Shown piece after piece: positions 58,354-64,000 of a stretch of 64,000 nucleotides of DNA. Below the pieces are notes generated by a model that worked only from the letters and a program-made list of their open reading frames with translations, did not search any database and was not told where the DNA came from. A program made the translations under genes and the position numbers. Within the stretch, counting starts at the first letter, position 1; the number at the start of each line of letters is the position of its first letter. Origin of the DNA: a virus; the IMG/VR virus record IMGVR_UViG_3300048065_001187, positions 64,001 to 128,000 of that record. One strand, given 5' to 3'.

Positions 58354-58895
58354 CTAATCGCCAAATAATAGATGATTCAAAAGACTACTACAAAAAAATA
58401 GAGTTAGTCCGCCGCCCACTTCTAAATTATGCGAGATCAAAAATATATGGCGCGCAGAATGCTGAAGATATTGTTCAAAATACAATACTAATACTTTGTC
58501 AAAAAATAAATGATTTCGACGCAAATAAAAGTTTTCATGGTTGGGCATTCAAAATATTAAAATTTCAAATGAATAATTATTTTAGAAAAGTAAAAAGAAA
58601 TAAAGAAGATTGCGTTGAATACATCAGTGACATATGCACTGAAGAATCAAATTCTGCTTTAGATAAAATTATATCGAAAGAAAAATTTGATGAAAAAATG
58701 ATTAAGATTCAATCATTAAAATACAGACTGCCCCCAAGGCAATCAAAACTCTTTCGCTATATTTCAGATGGACTCTCAAGATTGGAGGCGAGAAAAAGTT
58801 TAGGTATGACAGAAATTAATTTTAATACAACCTATAGCCGTACAATAAAAAATGCCATAAAAATCTTAAAAAACGAAAGTGCGCAAGTTAAATAA
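58350..58895 (+). CDS. ECF-type RNA polymerase sigma factor
   Basis: LLNYA, AEDIVQNT, FHGWAFKI, LPPRQ...GLS..EA..LG. Confidence 0.85.
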   Translation: MTNRQIIDDSKDYYKKIELVRRPLLNYARSKIYGAQNAEDIVQNTILILCQKINDFDANKSFHGWAFKILKFQMNNYFRKVKRNKEDCVEYISDICTEESNSALDKIISKEKFDEKMIKIQSLKYRLPPRQSKLFRYISDGLSRLEARKSLGMTEINFNTTYSRTIKNAIKILKNESAQVK

Positions 58896-59451
58896 TACCG
58901 CTCGAAAAGAAAAGATCTTAAAGCTTAGATCAGAGGGAAAAAGCTACAAAGAAATAGAATCTATTCTTGGTTGTTCAAAATCTACAATTTCTTATCATTG
59001 CGGAAATGGTAATGAAAAAAAGCGGGTTAAAAACGACATAAAGAAAAGGAAGCCAATTTGCAAAAAAGTTTCTAGTTTTAAAACAAGATGCTCTCGTGCA
59101 AATTATAAATTATTTCGATCTAAAGTAAAAACATTTAAAAGGCGCTCGCAATCAAAAGGTAACAAAACAAATACTATAGTGAATAGTATATCAAAAAACT
59201 ATACCTGTCAGGATGTAATTGAAAAATTCGGAAATAATCCAGTCTGCTACTTGACAGGCAAACCTATAGATTTAGAAAAGCCCGAAACTTACAATTTAGA
59301 TCATATAATTCCTGCGTCAAGAGGGGGTACGAATGATTTAAATAACCTAGGTCTTTGCATCAAAGAAGCTAATCAAGCAAAGGGTGATCTATTGATCAAC
59401 GAATTGCATGATTTGTGTGAGCAAATATTACTTTGGAAATCTAAAAGTTAA
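58879..59451 (+). CDS. HTH plus HNH endonuclease
   Basis: GKSYKEIESILGCSKSTISYH; CYLTG..LDHIIPASRGGTNDLNNL..C...N..K. Confidence 0.85.
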   Translation: MRKLNNTARKEKILKLRSEGKSYKEIESILGCSKSTISYHCGNGNEKKRVKNDIKKRKPICKKVSSFKTRCSRANYKLFRSKVKTFKRRSQSKGNKTNTIVNSISKNYTCQDVIEKFGNNPVCYLTGKPIDLEKPETYNLDHIIPASRGGTNDLNNLGLCIKEANQAKGDLLINELHDLCEQILLWKSKS

Positions 59452-60074
59452 AATATTATATACTGAACATATTCTTGGTTTGGATAGTTCTCTAATAATA
59501 TAAACTTATTTGTTTGCGGTTCAAATATAAACCATCCTTGGCTCGTAAGCACTAAGTTAACGGCATGAAGACCGCCTGTTGCAGGGATTCTCCCAAATTC
59601 ATTAACTTGTCTTACTACTACAATGCCTACTGCAAGTTCGTTTTTTGTGCCACTTTTAAAACTAGCTAAACTAATTGTTGATTTGTAAAGCATTGCATAG
59701 TTCTCGCAATCAAGAGATTCGCCTCCCTCTCCTAGTGACATTAAACCATTTTCAAATAATAATTTATTAAACCAATTATTGAATTTCCTAAAGAAAAAAT
59801 AGTCAACTTGATCGTATTTACTATCCCAAAGTAATAATTTAATATTCGTTGGAACTTTCATTGGTACAGAGTTAAACGCTCTTTGCGTAGTGAAATGATA
59901 TGCAAAATCTTTTTTAAATATTTTACTCGCTTTAGGGTCTTCTATTTTTGGAATATTTTTTAATTCACTTAAATCTACTTTGTTGCAAGCTACCATCGAA
60001 AGACTCATGATCGCTACTAAGCATAACGATAAAATCCAAGATAATCTACTATTCTTCTTTATTATATCTTTCAT
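59448..60074 (-). CDS. Lipoprotein with papain/transglutaminase-like (Agglutinin_C-like) domain
   Basis: Lipobox MVAC; DCENYA, HAVN, FEPQ. Confidence 0.65.
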   Translation of the reverse strand: MKDIIKKNSRLSWILSLCLVAIMSLSMVACNKVDLSELKNIPKIEDPKASKIFKKDFAYHFTTQRAFNSVPMKVPTNIKLLLWDSKYDQVDYFFFRKFNNWFNKLLFENGLMSLGEGGESLDCENYAMLYKSTISLASFKSGTKNELAVGIVVVRQVNEFGRIPATGGLHAVNLVLTSQGWFIFEPQTNKFILLENYPNQEYVQYIIF

Positions 60075-60246
60075 TTTCTCTCTCCTCTAGTTCTCTTTTA
60101 ATTTGTGTTATTTCAGCCGCCGACATTTTTAAATATTGTTTCTTTGCAAGTATATACGCAGTCCTTACTCTCAAATGAGGGTGAGCCATAAAATCCTTGT
60201 CCTCCAAGTGTTTTATTATTAAATAATTAATAACTTTCTCATCCAT
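60049..60246 (-). CDS. Hypothetical protein
   Basis: MDEKVINY...; GTGTA 9 nt upstream on the minus strand. Confidence 0.55.
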   Translation of the reverse strand: MDEKVINYLIIKHLEDKDFMAHPHLRVRTAYILAKKQYLKMSAAEITQIKRELEERENERYNKEE

Positions 60247-60333
60247 ATATATGGGTACACACAAAAAAAGTATTGACATTCTTTTGGTTATTTGACAGAC
60301 TACAATTTTATCAATCATAAATATATATACAAA

Positions 60334-60507
60334 ATGAATACTAAATATGTAAAATTAACTGATCTATGGAATAACGGAGAATATGCCGAGCTTGGACATA
60401 TTATAAATAAAGAGGAATGGAAGCCTAGCGAAGTCGCTAAATTTTGTTCTTATTTCGCTAAATATTGCGGTCTTAATCAATTAAATATTCTTTATAAGTT
60501 TCTTTAA
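60334..60507 (+). CDS. Hypothetical protein
   Basis: 57 aa ORF downstream of TTGACA elements. Confidence 0.5.
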   Translation: MNTKYVKLTDLWNNGEYAELGHIINKEEWKPSEVAKFCSYFAKYCGLNQLNILYKFL

Positions 60508-60875
60508 TGGATAAGTTTGAATTAGCTTGGGATACATATGATTTCCATACTGCGATTGCTTGCGAGCTAGAAGGCAAGCATAGGTTGCTAGTAGATTCTT
60601 ACCATAGATTTTTAGAAAATAATCTAAATCCTAGCCAAGCAAAGAAAACATATATTCGTAATAAATTAAATAAATCCTTCAATTCGATACTTAGCACTTA
60701 TAAAAAGCAACTAGATTCTATTGATGATTTAATTAAATATTATAAGACCGATAAAGATATTAGTAATGTAAGAGAGTTGAATCCACAACTTTTATTTGAT
60801 CTCAAGAATACTACCTCTACTTTAGTAGAAGAGTTGAAAGTATTCAGAAGAGAGATAAATGAAGTTTTGCGTTGA
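60507..60875 (+). CDS. Hypothetical protein
   Basis: 122 aa ORF. Confidence 0.6.
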   Translation: MDKFELAWDTYDFHTAIACELEGKHRLLVDSYHRFLENNLNPSQAKKTYIRNKLNKSFNSILSTYKKQLDSIDDLIKYYKTDKDISNVRELNPQLLFDLKNTTSTLVEELKVFRREINEVLR

Positions 60876-60900
60876 CAATGATTATTTTATTATATAGAGT
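60872..60900 (+). promoter_or_regulatory. Sigma70-type promoter
   Basis: TTGACA-17-TAGAGT; ATG 9 nt downstream. Confidence 0.6.
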
Positions 60901-60909
60901 GCTGTTATT

Positions 60910-61137
60910 ATGAAAAGAGGAAGACCAAAAGGATATAGTCCATATGTTGAAATTAAATACGAAGACCTCGCTGATTGGGTCGGGCGCAAGACAAAAGTGC
61001 CCGTCCCAAGAAAGTGGCTTCAAGCTCTGATGGGTGAAGAAATAGAAGAGGATGAAAATACTCTTGACAATACTCCCAAAAATGAGCATACTGAAGAGAT
61101 TGTGCCGAAGATTGAATATACATTAACAAAATTCTAA
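60910..61137 (+). CDS. Small protein with AT-hook-like N-terminus
   Basis: KRGRPKG. Confidence 0.6.
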   Translation: MKRGRPKGYSPYVEIKYEDLADWVGRKTKVPVPRKWLQALMGEEIEEDENTLDNTPKNEHTEEIVPKIEYTLTKF

Positions 61138-61138
61138 T

Positions 61139-62065
61139 ATGAGTAATTATTTTTCAGATTTAGTTGGTCAAGATGCAGTTAAAAGAAAGCTGACATTTTA
61201 CCTTAATGCTTTCCATAAAACATCGCAAGCTCCATTTCTCTTGATGGCGGGTGCTAAAGGTTTAGGCAAAACAGAGTTCGCTAAAAACTTTGCCAAGAAT
61301 CTCCACAATCAAGATGGTGAGAAGAGAGCATTTCTTGAATTAAATTGTTCAACCATAAAAAACAATGAGCAATTCTTTGAGCAAATATTTTTGCCCTTGA
61401 TTTGTGATAATGAGATAACTATTCTTTTTGATGAGTGTCACGAATTACCACAAGATTTGACAATGGCTTTCTTGAGTATTTTTAATACTGAATCAAATAG
61501 TCGTAAGAATTTTGAATGGAATGGAATGAATTTTGAATTTAATTTCATGAAGCAAACTTTTATCTTTGCCACTACTGAAACTGATAAAATATTTCCACCA
61601 CTCAAAGATCGTCTTACCATAGTTGATTTTGAACCTTATAGTAAAAAAGAACTTGCAGAAATAGTTAAGCTTTGTGCCCCCGATATTTTCATAACCGATG
61701 AATGCATTCAAGAAGTCGCGACTACTATTCGGAGCAATGCTCGTAGTGCAGTAAAGCGTGCAAAGGAAATAAATCTTTATTGCGGGGCGAATGATAGTAA
61801 TACTTTTGATGTTGATGATTTCAAAGAATTATCTGATACTATTGGTATTCTTCCTTTTGGATTGACAAATACAGAGAAACAAGTATTAGAAATATTAAAT
61901 GAGTGCGGTTCTGTGTCCTTAACAAGTCTCTCTGCGAAGCTAGGTCTTAGCCCTACCGCTGTTCGCAGGGATCATGAACTTTATCTCCTTAACAAAAACC
62001 TTATTGAAATAGATGGTAAACGTAAAATAACTTTTAATGGTAGAAAAATTTGCTCACAATTATGA
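61139..62065 (+). CDS. ruvB: RuvB-like AAA+ ATPase
   Basis: LVGQ, GAKGLGKT, LFDECH, FATT, PLKDRL, FEPYS, C-terminal winged helix (HELYLL). Confidence 0.8.
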   Translation: MSNYFSDLVGQDAVKRKLTFYLNAFHKTSQAPFLLMAGAKGLGKTEFAKNFAKNLHNQDGEKRAFLELNCSTIKNNEQFFEQIFLPLICDNEITILFDECHELPQDLTMAFLSIFNTESNSRKNFEWNGMNFEFNFMKQTFIFATTETDKIFPPLKDRLTIVDFEPYSKKELAEIVKLCAPDIFITDECIQEVATTIRSNARSAVKRAKEINLYCGANDSNTFDVDDFKELSDTIGILPFGLTNTEKQVLEILNECGSVSLTSLSAKLGLSPTAVRRDHELYLLNKNLIEIDGKRKITFNGRKICSQL

Positions 62066-62235
62066 ATAAAGACGAAAGAGAAAAGCTACGACAAGAAGTT
62101 TATGAGCTTTGGTATAACGAAAAAGATGTGAATAAGAAAGAAACCTTGCAAAGAGTTTTAGATTTAATTGATTTTACAAACCAATCCATGAAAAAACTCA
62201 GAGAAGTTTCTAGCATATTTTCATCAATGTTATGA
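62062..62235 (+). CDS. Hypothetical protein
   Basis: ATGA-coupled ORF. Confidence 0.5.
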   Translation: MNKDEREKLRQEVYELWYNEKDVNKKETLQRVLDLIDFTNQSMKKLREVSSIFSSML

Positions 62236-62399
62236 AAGAACAAGAAAAAATTTATTTAAAATGTGCAGAAGAGCTAAATGAATTAGCTACTAGATTATTG
62301 CAACAAGTCAATAAAAATAAAGACTATACTCAGCAAATAAAGCAAGAATTAGAAGATGTAGAAAAACAAATAAAATTGCTAAAAAAAATTTTAGAGTAA
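62232..62399 (+). CDS. 55-aa helical protein (MazG-like fragment?)
   Basis: Manually read: KCAEELNEL...QELEDV. Confidence 0.45.
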   Translation: MKEQEKIYLKCAEELNELATRLLQQVNKNKDYTQQIKQELEDVEKQIKLLKKILE

Positions 62400-63227
62400 A
62401 GCGATATCAAAGTCAGCATTAACTGATCCATTATTACCATTAGCACTAATAACATTAAATATTATATCTGATTTCGGCTCTAATTTTAATGGAAATGGGT
62501 AATCTTCTTGAATCGAATAATCTGTTCCTGCTGATGTTCTAGCAAGCACTCTAAATACTTTGTCTTTTTCTCTCACGTGTATGTCTATTGTGAATCCGAT
62601 TGCCGATGAACTACCTGTGTTTTGTGCAGTAATTGTGTGCTTCAGTAAGTAACCTGTGCAGTCAGCAGGAATTGTGTATAAAGCCATTAATGTTTGATTG
62701 TTACCTGCTAAAATTTTAGCATACGTATTTACTGACCCTTTGATAGATATATCTCCAACCAAGTCATCTACACCATTATTATATGCTCTAAAAACTCTTG
62801 ACCATTTGCCCGAAAGAGCCAAAGGGGTAGTTCCTGTCAAAGTAATTTCTTCTTCTTTTTCTTCAAAATTCTCATTTAAACCTATGACAACAATTTTTTC
62901 GGTATCCGCGTTTTCTGATGAAACTATCGTTAAAGATTCCCCTGCATCGTTTGGAAATATATATTTCCCATTAGCTACTGATACTTCTGATGATTGATCG
63001 CAAATTGTATATGGTTGATCTTGGCTTACAGAGCCTGAGATTCGTTTAACACTTCCAAATTTATGTACAAAGTTTTTCGCATTACTTAAAATGTAGCTTG
63101 ACGTAATACTAGACTCTGATTGAGGAATCCAATTTGAGTCACTTTCATCCCACACATAATTAAAATTTATATTTGTATTTCTTTCGTGTGCAAACGGATT
63201 TGTATTTGGATATTTTTGATTTGACAT
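62391..63227 (-). CDS. Putative virion structural protein
   Basis: VHKFG, EEITLTGTT, RVFRAY, NQTLMALYTIPA; GTGTA motif upstream. Confidence 0.6.
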   Translation of the reverse strand: MSNQKYPNTNPFAHERNTNINFNYVWDESDSNWIPQSESSITSSYILSNAKNFVHKFGSVKRISGSVSQDQPYTICDQSSEVSVANGKYIFPNDAGESLTIVSSENADTEKIVVIGLNENFEEKEEEITLTGTTPLALSGKWSRVFRAYNNGVDDLVGDISIKGSVNTYAKILAGNNQTLMALYTIPADCTGYLLKHTITAQNTGSSSAIGFTIDIHVREKDKVFRVLARTSAGTDYSIQEDYPFPLKLEPKSDIIFNVISANGNNGSVNADFDIALL

Positions 63228-63291
63228 ATTGCTTAATATATATTACACTTCTTTTTTTATGTTTAAATATTTCAAATATTACAATTGGGGG

Positions 63292-63320
63292 TTGACATTA
63301 ATCATTTTATTAGTTATTAT
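63292..63320 (+). promoter_or_regulatory. Sigma70-type promoter
   Basis: TTGACA-17-TATTAT. Confidence 0.65.
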
Positions 63321-63338
63321 GATATTTTTATGGGTTAA

Positions 63339-63488
63339 ATGAAATATGAAATAGATATATCAGAAGAAGATTTGGCAAATTGCTATACAAATCAATGGGT
63401 ACTAGAATGGTGCAAGAAATATCACCCCGAAGCATTTGAAAAAGCAAAAGAGTTTATAAAAAAATACATGGAAGAAGATGAAGAATAA
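63339..63488 (+). CDS. 49-aa hypothetical protein
   Basis: Manually read ORF MKYEIDIS...EEDEE. Confidence 0.5.
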   Translation: MKYEIDISEEDLANCYTNQWVLEWCKKYHPEAFEKAKEFIKKYMEEDEE

Positions 63489-63831
63489 ATGGTGGATATT
63501 ATTATTGTTTACATTTGGTTGTCAATCGAGTAAGGTTGAAGAAGAAATTGATTTACCTCCACCTCCGCCATTACCTACGCATTTTCTCATTCCAAATGCT
63601 CCACCAAATTTTATACCCGATATAAGAGAAATCCAAATAAACTCTGTACCTCATCCATTTCGTATTTCGGGGACATATGTCGTTTGGGTTAATAAAAAAA
63701 AGTTGAACTTAAATAAGCACCAAGTCGATCAATTAGTAAAGCATTTAGATTTGTCAATGGAAATACCAAAGAATACAGCCCAAATACATAGCGGAGAAGG
63801 ATGGTTATTTCCTTTTGATATAGATGAGTGA
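63478..63831 (+). CDS. Proline-rich lipoprotein
   Basis: Lipobox TFGC; PPPPP tract. Confidence 0.6.
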   Translation: MKNKWWILLLFTFGCQSSKVEEEIDLPPPPPLPTHFLIPNAPPNFIPDIREIQINSVPHPFRISGTYVVWVNKKKLNLNKHQVDQLVKHLDLSMEIPKNTAQIHSGEGWLFPFDIDE

Positions 63832-64000
63832 AAAAGATTTACCCGATAATGTCGCACCAAATCCTCACTCATTACCTTATGCAAGTAATTTAGGCGCTCC
63901 TGTCATTCGCCCCGATCATAGTCTTGGTGGATGGAAATTAGGTGCAGTACATACTGCAAATAAACACTACGAAGAGCGATTTAATAAATTAAAACAAGAG
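63824..64000 (+). CDS. DUF2452-like protein (3' truncated)
   Basis: PDNVA...LPYASNLGAPVI...WK... Confidence 0.5.
   Translation, partial: MSEKDLPDNVAPNPHSLPYASNLGAPVIRPDHSLGGWKLGAVHTANKHYEERFNKLKQE

Noticed and set aside
63330-63338. ATG-GGT-TAA mini-ORF before 63339
   Set aside because: Could be chance in AT-rich DNA; no supporting evidence
1-64000. Alternative genetic code, or giant eukaryotic virus origin
   Set aside because: Standard code gives dense intact ORFs using all three stops; DnaE, DnaB, sigma factors, tmRNA and sigma70 promoters indicate a bacteriophage

Overview
AT-rich, densely coding segment of a large dsDNA bacteriophage genome, almost all on the + strand. The host is probably a marine PVC-group bacterium (Verrucomicrobiota-like), inferred from a DUF1501 Tat protein, a sulfatase and an OM beta-barrel. 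Layout: (1) 1-10.5 kb glycan-synthesis cluster with epimerases including a GDP-mannose 3,5-epimerase-like enzyme, GT2/GT7C, GT31-like, GT61, GT25 and GT47 glycosyltransferases, two sulfotransferases, a sulfatase and two methyltransferases; (2) 11.2-22.7 kb replication module with RecA/UvsX, DnaB, primase, PD-(D/E)XK nuclease and a DnaE split into PHP and catalytic genes around a DEDDh exonuclease; (3) ClpC-like ATPase; (4) 25.2-41.9 kb tail-fibre/adhesin genes; (5) 42-64 kb accessory genes including a tmRNA with an unusual basic tag, DUF1501, an APS kinase-HIGH nucleotidyltransferase fusion, dUTPase, C5-methyltransferase, dNMP kinase, two sigma factors, PPase, CysQ, HNH and RuvB-like ATPase. 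Best candidate for a new system: a phage-encoded PAPS supply and sulfated-glycan pathway, possibly decorating Ser-Gly-rich virion proteins in a proteoglycan-like way. Also notable: a phage tmRNA plus Clp pair, two promoter classes driving near-leaderless mRNAs, and an apparently inactive UvdE. All family calls come from motif recognition by eye; no searches were run.
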